From Candidatus Thalassarchaeaceae archaeon (lineage in GTDB: Archaea > Thermoplasmatota > Poseidoniia > Poseidoniales > Thalassarchaeaceae): DNA of 32,000 nucleotides. The stretch covers positions 750,001 through 782,000 of the forward strand of contig JBJLBP010000001.1 of NCBI GenBank assembly GCA_045568075.1. The letters are read 5' to 3'. Shown piece after piece: positions 8,390-16,065 of this stretch (within the stretch, counting starts at the first letter, position 1; the number at the start of each line of letters is the position of its first letter). The notes under the pieces were generated by a model. The model did not search any database and was not told the DNA's origin. It saw nothing but the letters and a program-made list of their open reading frames with translations. Made by a program: the position numbers and the translations under genes.

Positions 8390-8442
8390 AAGTCAGTCGA
8401 ATCGCTAGTCAGATTGAATAGAACCATTCCTGAGGGTCGGCC

Positions 8443-8868
8443 ATGGAGCAGAGGCGATGGCCGGAGCATCTCGACTCAGTCGTCGAAGAATTCGACGACT
8501 GTTTCGACTCAATGGAGCGATACGAATTGCTCTTTGAATACTCCAAGAGACATCCTAGCCCTTTACCACCGGAGGAGTGGAATGATGAGAATCAGGTCCA
8601 TGGTTGCCAATCGAGAGCACATGTCGAATGTTCACGTGACGATTCGGGTAAATTCCTCATGCGTGGGGGTGCCGATGCTCAGATTGTTCAGGGCTTGATG
8701 TCCGTGACGGCGATGGCTGTGAATGGAATGGAACCTGATGATGTTGCAAATCTGTCTCCTGATTACGCGGATGCGATGGGGATTCGTAACTCTCTTACGC
8801 CGAGTCGCGCAAACGGCTTCTTGAACATGTTCGAGCGGGTGCGTTCCGAAGCTGAAAAGATGGTGTGA
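8443..8868 (+). CDS. sufE: SufE-type sulfur acceptor protein
   Basis: 141 aa. ERYELLFEYSKR...NQVHGCQSRAHVE...GGADAQIVQGL matches the SufE/CsdE pattern with the persulfide Cys in the G-C-Q-S motif. It sits directly downstream of sufS. Confidence 0.85.
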   Translation: MEQRRWPEHLDSVVEEFDDCFDSMERYELLFEYSKRHPSPLPPEEWNDENQVHGCQSRAHVECSRDDSGKFLMRGGADAQIVQGLMSVTAMAVNGMEPDDVANLSPDYADAMGIRNSLTPSRANGFLNMFERVRSEAEKMV

Positions 8869-9173
8869 AAATGGTCGATGAGTCTGCAATTCGTGAGTCG
8901 CTATTCGAGGTCGAGGACCCTGAGATGAATATTTCAGTCATCGATCTCGGGTTGATTTACGATGTGCGAATCGAAGGCGAACACGCCGAGATCGACATGA
9001 CTCTGACGAGTCCCGGCTGCCCGGTCGCGCCTGAATTGATGGCTGCAGTTCATCGGGCTGCTCTAGCGACCGACGGAATAGATAGCGTGCACGTGAATCT
9101 GACCTTCTCGCCGCTGTGGGACCCGAAGGTGCACGCGACTGAAGATGGAAAGTTCGAACTCGGTGTGTTTTGA
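8865..9173 (+). CDS. sufT: SufT-like Fe-S assembly protein (DUF59 / MIP18 family)
   Basis: 102 aa. IRESLFEVEDPEMNISVIDLGLIYDV...DMTLTSPGCPVAPEL is the DUF59 signature (V.DPE...ni.dLGLvy ... T.T.pgCP). GTGA overlap with the sufE stop (8865-8868). Confidence 0.8.
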   Translation: MKMVDESAIRESLFEVEDPEMNISVIDLGLIYDVRIEGEHAEIDMTLTSPGCPVAPELMAAVHRAALATDGIDSVHVNLTFSPLWDPKVHATEDGKFELGVF

Positions 9174-9179
9174 GTCAGT

Positions 9180-10067
9180 TCAGAGATTTGCTTCGGCAGC
9201 TCTTACGGTATTCGTCATCAACATCGAGATAGTCATCGGGCCTACGCCGCCGGGGACTGGTGTGATATGACCGGCGACTTCTGCTGCTTCTGGTTCGACG
9301 TCGCCGGCGAGTCGGCTGCCGTTTTCGCGAGATTCATCTGCGACTCGGTTGATGCCGACATCGATTACGGTCGCGCCGGGCTTGATCCAGTCAGCCTTGA
9401 CAGTACCTGGGCGACCGATTGCAGCGACGACGAGGTCGGCGCTGCGACAAATGTCTGCAATATCTTCGGTGCGTGAATGAGCGATAGTCACCGTCGCATC
9501 GATGCCCTTCTGTGCGAGAAGTAGAGCGAGTGGCATACCGACGATGCGTGATCGTCCGATGACCACTGCCTTCTTGCCGACGAGGTTGATTTCCGCATCA
9601 TCGAGAATTTGCATTACTCCAGCAGGCGTGCATGGCAACAATCCATCCGCCTGCCCCATCACCAGACGACCGAGATTTACTGGATGAAAACCATCAACAT
9701 CCTTCGCCGGATCGATTGCTGCGGTAATCTCCAATTCGTCAGTACCAGTGGGTGTGGGACTCTGGACAAGTATTCCGTGGACCGAATCGTCGGAGTTGAG
9801 GTCGATGACAACCTGCATCAATTGGTCTTGAGAAACATCGCTGGGCAGGTCGATACGCGTACTCTTGATTCCACATCTTTCGCAGGCGCGTTGTTTGTTT
9901 CTGACATACACATGACTGGCAGGGTCGTCCCCTGCCAATACGACTGCGAGATGCGGCTCGACACCTGAATCTTTCAGAGCAGCAACTCGTTTAGCAAGTT
10001 GCGCTTCTATCCTCAGACCGAGCGCCTTCCCATCCAATCGCTTGGCTCCCATTGATTCGGGGGTCAA
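9180..10067 (-). CDS. folD: Bifunctional methylenetetrahydrofolate dehydrogenase / methenyl-THF cyclohydrolase
   Basis: 295 aa. LDGKALGLRIEAQL...LAVVLAGDDPASHVYVRNKQRACE..GI...HGILVQSP...DVDGFHP.NLGRL...PCTPAGV...GRSRIVGMPLALLL...TPVPGGVGPMTISML is canonical FolD. Confidence 0.92.
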   Translation of the reverse strand: MTPESMGAKRLDGKALGLRIEAQLAKRVAALKDSGVEPHLAVVLAGDDPASHVYVRNKQRACERCGIKSTRIDLPSDVSQDQLMQVVIDLNSDDSVHGILVQSPTPTGTDELEITAAIDPAKDVDGFHPVNLGRLVMGQADGLLPCTPAGVMQILDDAEINLVGKKAVVIGRSRIVGMPLALLLAQKGIDATVTIAHSRTEDIADICRSADLVVAAIGRPGTVKADWIKPGATVIDVGINRVADESRENGSRLAGDVEPEAAEVAGHITPVPGGVGPMTISMLMTNTVRAAEANL

Positions 10068-10114
10068 GACTCACCACCTTGACCTTTCCCAAATCCAATC
10101 GTCGCTTGAAAAGT

Positions 10115-10191
10115 TGGAGCCCCAGGAGGGATTCGAACCCCCGGCCGTCTGATTACAAATCAGATGCTCTACCAGGCTGAGCTACTGAGGC
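10115..10191 (-). tRNA. tRNA-Thr (anticodon UGU), 3' CCA encoded
   Basis: The reverse complement folds as GCCTCAG-TA-GCTC-AGCCTGGTA-GAGC-A-TCTGA-TTTGTAA-TCAGA-CGGCC-GGGGG-TTCGAAT-CCCTC-CTGGGGC-T-CCA, 77 nt. Confidence 0.9.
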
Positions 10192-10320
10192 AGTGCCCCG
10201 CGCTGCCCGCGTCCGATTCTTGAACCCTGCACATAGAGTACCACCCGAAAGAGGGCCAAGTTGAATGGGTTAGAGGTCTTCCGAATCGTGTTGTCTGCTC
10301 CCGAAACCTCCGCTTCGCAC

Positions 10321-10704
10321 ATGCGTATGAACATGGTAATCTCTGCTTGGGCTTGCTTACTTCTTGGCGCGGGAATCATCTTCGGCACGAACGGTGATGC
10401 CTTCGCACTGGCCGTAGGCGCACCACTCTCGATTGCAGGGGCAATACTCCTTGTTTTTGCACTGGGAATTCCTAGTGAGGTCACTGTTGATCCAGATGAA
10501 TTGGCCGCTTGGGCTCCCGATGCGGTGAAGATGCCCGATGCTGGTCGAGCTATGTATCGTGTTGACACCTCGCTTGATCCTCCGATTAAGACCTCTATTC
10601 TGTGCGGACGTTGTGGGCATCTCGAATGGCGCGACGGGCGCAAACCTTCGGAGTACGATTGCGTTGAGTGCACAACCACGCTTTGGGTCGCGGAAGAGGA
10701 GTAA
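10321..10704 (+). CDS. Small membrane protein (2 TM) with C-terminal CxxC...CxxC zinc ribbon; function unknown
   Basis: Two hydrophobic helices (VISAWACLLLGAGIIFG; APLSIAGAILLVFALGI), then CGRCGH-x18-CVEC and an acidic tail. ATG 10321 is preferred to TTG 10261. The overlapping antisense ORF 10182-10766 is rejected. Confidence 0.5.
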   Translation: MRMNMVISAWACLLLGAGIIFGTNGDAFALAVGAPLSIAGAILLVFALGIPSEVTVDPDELAAWAPDAVKMPDAGRAMYRVDTSLDPPIKTSILCGRCGHLEWRDGRKPSEYDCVECTTTLWVAEEE

Positions 10705-10803
10705 GCGGCTAGACTGAACCGCCTCGCCAACAGCCTACAAGAGGCTAGAGCGGCGGCAACCATCAAAGCGAGACGGCGCGAGGCATGAAGTCGAGGTGAG
10801 TGG

Positions 10804-12297
10804 ATGAGTCTGGGTAATCACGAGCGCCGGATGTTGCGTGTGATGCTCTCCGACGCCTCTCGCACGTGGAATCTCCCCGACCTTCTCGAAGCAACAGGAT
10901 GGTCGGATCAGGTCCATATTGCTGGGGCAGGAACCGGTTTGGCCGAGGCAGGTCTGCTAGAGATTTCAGAATCCATTGCAAGCACAGTTAGTCTCGGTCC
11001 AGAAGGCGAGAAGGCAGCCAAAGAGGGCCTTCTCGAATCAAGAATCTGGGATTGGATGCAAGATGCGCCTGCGTCAGAGAGAACCATGCAAGGGCTGTTC
11101 TCTGCCGGTTTCGAACGCCACGAAGCAGGCCCTGGAGTTGGCCTGCTGAAGGCAATGGGAGTTCGAGTTGAAGCGGGCGCATTCGTCTGTGATGACGAAG
11201 GTTCGGTCGCTACCAAGATAGCCTCTCGCACCTCGTTTATCGAAAGTCTGGCCGAATCTCCCAAAGACTCAGAATCGCTTGACTCCGCCTTAGTCGATCA
11301 CTTTGGTAGTCGTAAGAATCTCATCGCGACAGAAGAATTGACAGCGAGAACTTGGAGCCTCACTAAGACTGGTGCCGCAACAGACGCCGCAACCCTCGAA
11401 GAGGTCACTCAAATCGGCCAATTAACCCCAGAACTCTTGCAAGGAGATTCATGGAGGGACGCCGAATTCAAGCCATTCGACGTAAATGCGCCTGCCCCAA
11501 TCCCGGCTGGAGGCAGACCTCATCCTATGCAGGCGCTAATCGAGCGCATCCGCTCGGTCTTCCTAGAGATGGGATTCTCCGAAATTGAAGGCGATTACGT
11601 TCAATCTGCGGGATGGAATATGGATGCCCTATTCATTCCGCAATCACACCCGGCGAGGACCATGCAGGACACATTCTACCTCGCCGAGCCCGCGAGCGTC
11701 GAGGTAGCACCCGAGATGCTCGACCTATGGGCTAGCGTGCACGAACACGGTCACGACACAGGAAGCAAGGGCTGGGGTGTAATTTTTGACAGAACAGAAG
11801 CCCAAAAGGGGCTACTGCGCACGCATACGACAGTCAACACAATTCGTCATATCGCCGAAAATCCAAACGAACCATGCCGAGTTTTCGGTATTGGCAGGGT
11901 ATTCCGTCAGGAAACACTTGACCGCACTCACTTGCCTGAATTTCACCAAATCGAGGGCATAATTCACGAACCGGACGCAAACCTCCCGATGCTAATTTCA
12001 ACCCTCAAAACATTCTACGCCAAAATGGGTTATCCTGACGTTCGAGTTCGTCCGGCTTATTTCCCATACACCGAGCCATCTGTCGAGGTCGAGGTATATT
12101 GGCGCGGTGAATGGCTCGAATTGGGTGGCTCGGGAATTTTCCGGCCCGAGGTTACCGAGCCGCTGGGCACGGAGTGGCCAGTCTGTGCTTGGGGTATGGG
12201 ATTGGAGCGACTGGCGATGCTTGTTCTTGGGCTGGATGATATCAGAGAGCTATACCAGCCCGATCTCGAGCGCTTGTCGAAGATGCCGATTCTGTGA
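10804..12297 (+). CDS. pheS: Phenylalanine--tRNA ligase alpha subunit, archaeal type
   Basis: 497 aa. Class II motifs FLEMGFSEIEG, HPARTMQDTFYL, LLRTHTTV, FRQETLDRTHLPEFHQIEG, YFPYTEPSVEVEV, GSGIFRPEV, AWGMGLERLAML, with the long N-terminal wHTH-type extension typical of archaeal/eukaryal PheS. Confidence 0.92.
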   Translation: MSLGNHERRMLRVMLSDASRTWNLPDLLEATGWSDQVHIAGAGTGLAEAGLLEISESIASTVSLGPEGEKAAKEGLLESRIWDWMQDAPASERTMQGLFSAGFERHEAGPGVGLLKAMGVRVEAGAFVCDDEGSVATKIASRTSFIESLAESPKDSESLDSALVDHFGSRKNLIATEELTARTWSLTKTGAATDAATLEEVTQIGQLTPELLQGDSWRDAEFKPFDVNAPAPIPAGGRPHPMQALIERIRSVFLEMGFSEIEGDYVQSAGWNMDALFIPQSHPARTMQDTFYLAEPASVEVAPEMLDLWASVHEHGHDTGSKGWGVIFDRTEAQKGLLRTHTTVNTIRHIAENPNEPCRVFGIGRVFRQETLDRTHLPEFHQIEGIIHEPDANLPMLISTLKTFYAKMGYPDVRVRPAYFPYTEPSVEVEVYWRGEWLELGGSGIFRPEVTEPLGTEWPVCAWGMGLERLAMLVLGLDDIRELYQPDLERLSKMPIL

Positions 12298-13396
12298 TTA
12301 TTGGCGACGACTCGAATCGGCTACCTGTAACTACAGCTAGCGTGAGTAAAGAAAGCACTACTGCGCCGCTGTCTGGTGGTGATTTGAACCAAGGTATTGC
12401 AATCAGACCCGACTCGGAGGACTGACCTTGACCACCAGGTGGTCCACCACCGCACCCATCTGGAGGTGGGCCGATGCCGGGACCCCAAGTCTCTCCATGA
12501 CCTGAGCAATCGGGATCATCTCCGCCTCCGTCACCGCCACCCTGTCCTGCATCGGCATTCGACGTCTCAGCAACTCCTCGGTAGCAGAGCAGGAAGTAAG
12601 GGAAGCCGAGGTCTCCCTCACCATTCACCCAAGTCGTGTGATAGTGGTAAGTGCCATTGGGGAACTCGGGTGTCGTTCCCCACTGGCCATTACAGGCATC
12701 GAGGTCACCCATCCCTGAGATGAATTCGTAATCTTCGATGCCGTTGTATCCGGTCTCTCCATCTTTGAGTCGGTAAGAAGAGGTCATCTCACGAGTCTCG
12801 CCATCCTCACCCCAACCGACGAATCCGTAGATTGGATATCCATCGAAGGCGAAGCCAACAATTGGGGAATGTTCGCTGACCTGTCGCGAGGAATCGATAT
12901 TGTAGTCGCGCCAGGTCTCGTCTGCCGCCTCATCTGCGTGCCAGTGCACGCAGTTAGCATCGGCGTGGTAATGGTAATCTCCACCTGGCCCCGAGTGTCC
13001 GTGACAGATTCCTAACCAAACATGTTGTCGGTCCTCTTCGTACTTGCCTTCCTGACCGGCAACAGCATCTCCTCCCGGCCCATCCTCGGGCCCGTAGATG
13101 GAAACTCCGTTGACAGCGAAGGCGATTGGCCCGCGCTCGGGCGCCATGCTGCAGCCTTCGCTACCTTCCGTAGGATCGCAACCGGTGTCATTGGTCGGTT
13201 CAAGCGGTATCATCCAGACGTGGTCTTGTGCACTGGCACAGCAACCAGGACCTGATTCGAGGTCGTGATTTGGAAACCCATTTGCTTCGATTATGATGTG
13301 AGTCTCGTTGAATTCGTAATCGAGCTCACAGATGTGATTATCATTCTCGGTTGTGTTGTAATCATCTATTCCCGCGATGTCGTTAGAGTGGCACAA
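12242..13396 (-). CDS. YHYH-domain protein with Gly/Pro-rich stalk and C-terminal TM anchor; downstream part of a TAG-interrupted reading frame
   Basis: Two YHYH motifs (GGDYHYHADANC; GTYHYHTTW) in the family context (GFPNH, IAFAVNGVSIYGP, CHGH, IVGFAFDGYPIYG, LDACNGQ, FPYFLLCYRG). The tail has a GGGDGGGDD...GPPPDGCGGGPPGG stalk and a TM helix AVVLSLLTLAVVTG. It has no signal peptide of its own, only a TTG start, and is in frame with ORF 13442-14179. Its 3' end overlaps the pheS 3' end by 56 nt. Confidence 0.7.
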   Translation of the reverse strand: MCHSNDIAGIDDYNTTENDNHICELDYEFNETHIIIEANGFPNHDLESGPGCCASAQDHVWMIPLEPTNDTGCDPTEGSEGCSMAPERGPIAFAVNGVSIYGPEDGPGGDAVAGQEGKYEEDRQHVWLGICHGHSGPGGDYHYHADANCVHWHADEAADETWRDYNIDSSRQVSEHSPIVGFAFDGYPIYGFVGWGEDGETREMTSSYRLKDGETGYNGIEDYEFISGMGDLDACNGQWGTTPEFPNGTYHYHTTWVNGEGDLGFPYFLLCYRGVAETSNADAGQGGGDGGGDDPDCSGHGETWGPGIGPPPDGCGGGPPGGQGQSSESGLIAIPWFKSPPDSGAVVLSLLTLAVVTGSRFESSPIITESASSTSARDRAGIAL

Positions 13397-13441
13397 GAGT
13401 GAATCAGCCCAAAATGCATCGCGACGCTCTTCGCCGGATTG

Positions 13442-14179
13442 CTATTCAGTGCCATTGTCAGAGCCGTCATCTTCGCCTTCATCGGTGCCATCGCCTTCCT
13501 GTTGCTCCGAAATTTCGACGATGTAGCTGATGCTAACTGAATCAGTTGTGAAGACATTGATTCCACAAGTAGCTTCCATTGAAATGGTAACATTCTCTTG
13601 CATATTTGCGAATTCCATTTGGAAATTACCCATTTCATCCATCGGGACAGCGAGTTGACTCTCTTCGATATCACCGTCGCTCCAATCGAAGACACAGGTT
13701 TCCAATGAGCTATGAGTTAGATTTCCTGAGAGAATCGCGTCGTCACCATACTGGATATTGGTCACGAGGGTGTCGAGGATAATCTCGGTGATTCCCTCTT
13801 CGGGGTAAGTTATTGAGAATTCAGTGAACCATCGCGTCTCTTGTTCTAGTTGATCCTTAGCGAATACCTTGAGCGCATGATCGCCGACTCCTAGTTGGCT
13901 GATATCGACGGTCAACTTTCCATCATCATCGAGAAATGCATTGGCTACTCTGTCTCCGTCCAGAGTCACGTCGAGGACAACATCTTCGAGATTTTCATCA
14001 CCTATGGTGATGGTAATTGTGTTGACCTCTCCGATGACGAAGCTTCCAGGTTCTTCGCCAGAGATTATTGGCGGCTGATCGGGTTGCACACCCTCGATAT
14101 CGAGGTAGAATATGCCTATCAAGACGCTTCCAACCATCAAAGCCGCGAGGCCGATACTACGAACCTGTACGGACTCCAT
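13442..14179 (-). CDS. N-terminal signal-anchor + beta-sandwich (Ig-like) domains + acidic linker; upstream part of the TAG-interrupted YHYH gene
   Basis: MESVQVRSIGLAALMVGSVLIGIFY signal anchor, beta-rich repeats (VNTITITIGDENLEDVVLDVTLDG...), and an ending in an acidic linker ...EGEDDGSDNGTE followed by TAG (13442-13444). A TTTTTAC element lies ~25 nt upstream of ATG 14179. Confidence 0.65.
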   Translation of the reverse strand: MESVQVRSIGLAALMVGSVLIGIFYLDIEGVQPDQPPIISGEEPGSFVIGEVNTITITIGDENLEDVVLDVTLDGDRVANAFLDDDGKLTVDISQLGVGDHALKVFAKDQLEQETRWFTEFSITYPEEGITEIILDTLVTNIQYGDDAILSGNLTHSSLETCVFDWSDGDIEESQLAVPMDEMGNFQMEFANMQENVTISMEATCGINVFTTDSVSISYIVEISEQQEGDGTDEGEDDGSDNGTE

Positions 14180-14266
14180 GCGCCTCGCTCAGTTCCTCGA
14201 CTGTAAAAAGGCAACTTGCCGAATGTTCTCGAGCATCAGAGATGCACGGTTCGTGCGCTTTGCGGT

Positions 14267-15337
14267 TCACTCTGCAGCGAGGTTCTGCAGGTCCTCGACA
14301 AACCCATCAAGATCCCACGCAGTTCCGGTCCAAGCGATTCGCTTGCGAAGCTGCTTGTCGAGAATGAAAGTCACTGTCGAATGACCAACTTCGTATTCGC
14401 CGAGCGAATCGCTGTGCGGGTCATTTTGCTCGGCCTCGGCTGAGCCTTCAGCGACGCACATCAGAGCGTCGCCATCTGGGCGCTCATAGCCCTCATCGCA
14501 CATGCAATGTGCGCCCGCGCCATCTCCCATCACCCAGCCGTGTCCATTGCAATCGATGCCGACAGGGAGCAGAGAAGCGTTGGCTCCGTCGGCCACCCAA
14601 GCGAGATGGTCATCGTGACTTGCCATCTCGTCAAGATAACCTTCTATTGCGAGTTCCCAGGCCCACGATGATTGATTCCAACTCATCAGAGTCCATGAGG
14701 TGTCGTTGGATAATTCGGCCTCGGCAGCAGCCCTTGCCTCTTCGTCGAGGTTCCCGACGGTTGCACCGATTGATAATTCAGAATTAAGATAATCAATGAC
14801 CGTCGTATTATTTCCAGCATCGAGGATAATCACTCGATTCATCGCCCCCTCTGGGGGCGTGCTGGCCTCGATGTGAGCATTGTCGACTATGACGTTCCAA
14901 GAACTGTACACGCTGACAAGAGTACTCGTTCGCTCGGCTGTTAGATGAGTCCAATCATAACCCATCGCCTCGGTCCATTCGGAAAGCCGAGCGACCGTAT
15001 CACGAGCAGGATCTATCGTTACCGACAAGAAAACAACATCGTCGCTCGCTCCACCCAGATTCTCCTGTGCCCAAGCCATATTGGCAGATATTGCCAAACA
15101 GATATCTGGGCACGTGGTATAGATAAAAGCGACAACAACAACTTTGCCTTCGAGTTCCGAGAGGGTGAATTCCTCACCATTTTGGTCTAGTAGAGTGAAG
15201 TCTGGAGCATCAGGTGGTTCTCGGTATTCTATGCCGTTGTATTCGATTTCATCATCGACTCCACCCATGCATCCAGAAAGCCATCCTGAAAGTAGCAATG
15301 CCACTAATGCCAGAGCAATCGAGCGGCGCATTTTCAT
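14267..15337 (-). CDS. SCO1/SenC-family thioredoxin-fold copper chaperone, lipoprotein, with ~170-aa insertion (paralog A)
   Basis: Signal MKMRRSIALALVALLLSGWLSGC (twin-Arg-like plus lipobox-like). SCO1 core: FTLLDQNGEEFTLSELEGKVVVVAFIYTTCPDICLAISANM ... VFLSVTIDPARDT ... GHSTVTFILDKQ. A long insert precedes the ligand His and contains HDDH and an EGF-like CNGHGW..GAHCMCDEGY...C segment. ATGA overlap with the upstream gene. Confidence 0.85.
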   Translation of the reverse strand: MKMRRSIALALVALLLSGWLSGCMGGVDDEIEYNGIEYREPPDAPDFTLLDQNGEEFTLSELEGKVVVVAFIYTTCPDICLAISANMAWAQENLGGASDDVVFLSVTIDPARDTVARLSEWTEAMGYDWTHLTAERTSTLVSVYSSWNVIVDNAHIEASTPPEGAMNRVIILDAGNNTTVIDYLNSELSIGATVGNLDEEARAAAEAELSNDTSWTLMSWNQSSWAWELAIEGYLDEMASHDDHLAWVADGANASLLPVGIDCNGHGWVMGDGAGAHCMCDEGYERPDGDALMCVAEGSAEAEQNDPHSDSLGEYEVGHSTVTFILDKQLRKRIAWTGTAWDLDGFVEDLQNLAAE

Positions 15338-16065
15338 TCCTCTAGAAGCATGCGGATGTCATCTAAGACCATCTCTGCATTCCAGTCGGTATCGCCCCAC
15401 CAGACACGTTGATTGAGTTGTTTATCGACGATGATTGTGCCTGTTGTGTGATCGACCCAATAGCTGAGTGGATGGTGCTTGACAGTGACGTCACCTTCCT
15501 CTGACTGCTGAGTCTCAAGCCCACATCCTTCGTCGTCTACTTCCTCACCCTCAGGTGTGTCCGCGCATATATCGAATCCGTCTGCCACACCGTCTGCATC
15601 TTGATCATCTTCGTAGGTTGCAAGGCCAACGTCGAAATTGACCCAGACTGGCTGAAGTTCATCGAGGCTACCTGTTAGATGTGGCCAGTGCAAGCCTCGG
15701 TCATCCGCGTATTCCTTGAGCACCGTCGAGTTATCGGTCCAGGGGTCGACAGTGATTGAGAGGATGGCTACATTGTCGCCGTAATCATCGCCAAGTTCGG
15801 CAGCGACATAGTGTAGGTTGGCGCTTACGATGGGGCAGATGTCCGGGCAACGAGTGAAGAGGAAGGCGATGACGATGACCTTTCCTTCTAGGTCGCTGAG
15901 TTGATACGGTTCGCCATTCTCATCGAAAAGTACGAAATCTTCCACAGCAACAATCGGTTCAATTTCCTCTCCGTAGAACGGGCTCTCTTCTTGGCCTAAG
16001 CAGCCAGCGAACAGTAAGATTGCAGTTACGAGTATAGCGCTCAGTGCCTTATTTCGCTGAATCAT
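15334..16065 (-). CDS. SCO1/SenC-family thioredoxin-fold copper chaperone, lipoprotein, with ~45-aa acidic insertion (paralog B)
   Basis: Signal MIQRNKALSAILVTAILLFAGC. Core: FVLFDENGEPYQLSDLEGKVIVIAFLFTRCPDICPIVSANL ... ILSITVDPWTDN ... VDHTTGTIIVDKQ. The insert DDQDADGVADGFDICADTPEGEEVDDEGCG resembles a thrombospondin-type-3/Ca-loop. ATGA overlaps at both ends (16062-16065, 15334-15337). Confidence 0.88.
   Translation of the reverse strand: MIQRNKALSAILVTAILLFAGCLGQEESPFYGEEIEPIVAVEDFVLFDENGEPYQLSDLEGKVIVIAFLFTRCPDICPIVSANLHYVAAELGDDYGDNVAILSITVDPWTDNSTVLKEYADDRGLHWPHLTGSLDELQPVWVNFDVGLATYEDDQDADGVADGFDICADTPEGEEVDDEGCGLETQQSEEGDVTVKHHPLSYWVDHTTGTIIVDKQLNQRVWWGDTDWNAEMVLDDIRMLLEE

Noticed and set aside
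10182-10766. 194-aa ORF on the minus strand
   Set aside because: It overlaps the tRNA-Thr gene and lies antisense to a more plausible TM + zinc-ribbon ORF. Its Ala/Ser/Arg-rich, low-complexity translation is typical of a shadow frame.
13442-13444. In-frame TAG read as pyrrolysine
   Set aside because: No pylS/pylT/pylBCD genes appear in the window. The context is an acidic linker, not a methyltransferase active site. A nonsense mutation, an assembly error or simple read-through is more parsimonious.
14205-14220. Small stem (GGCA-AGT-TGCC) followed by T5 on the minus strand, downstream of SCO1-A
   Set aside because: It may be an oligo-T terminator. However, the stem is only 4 bp and the T-run is also part of the TTTTTAC TATA-like element of the next gene, so the two roles cannot be separated from sequence alone.
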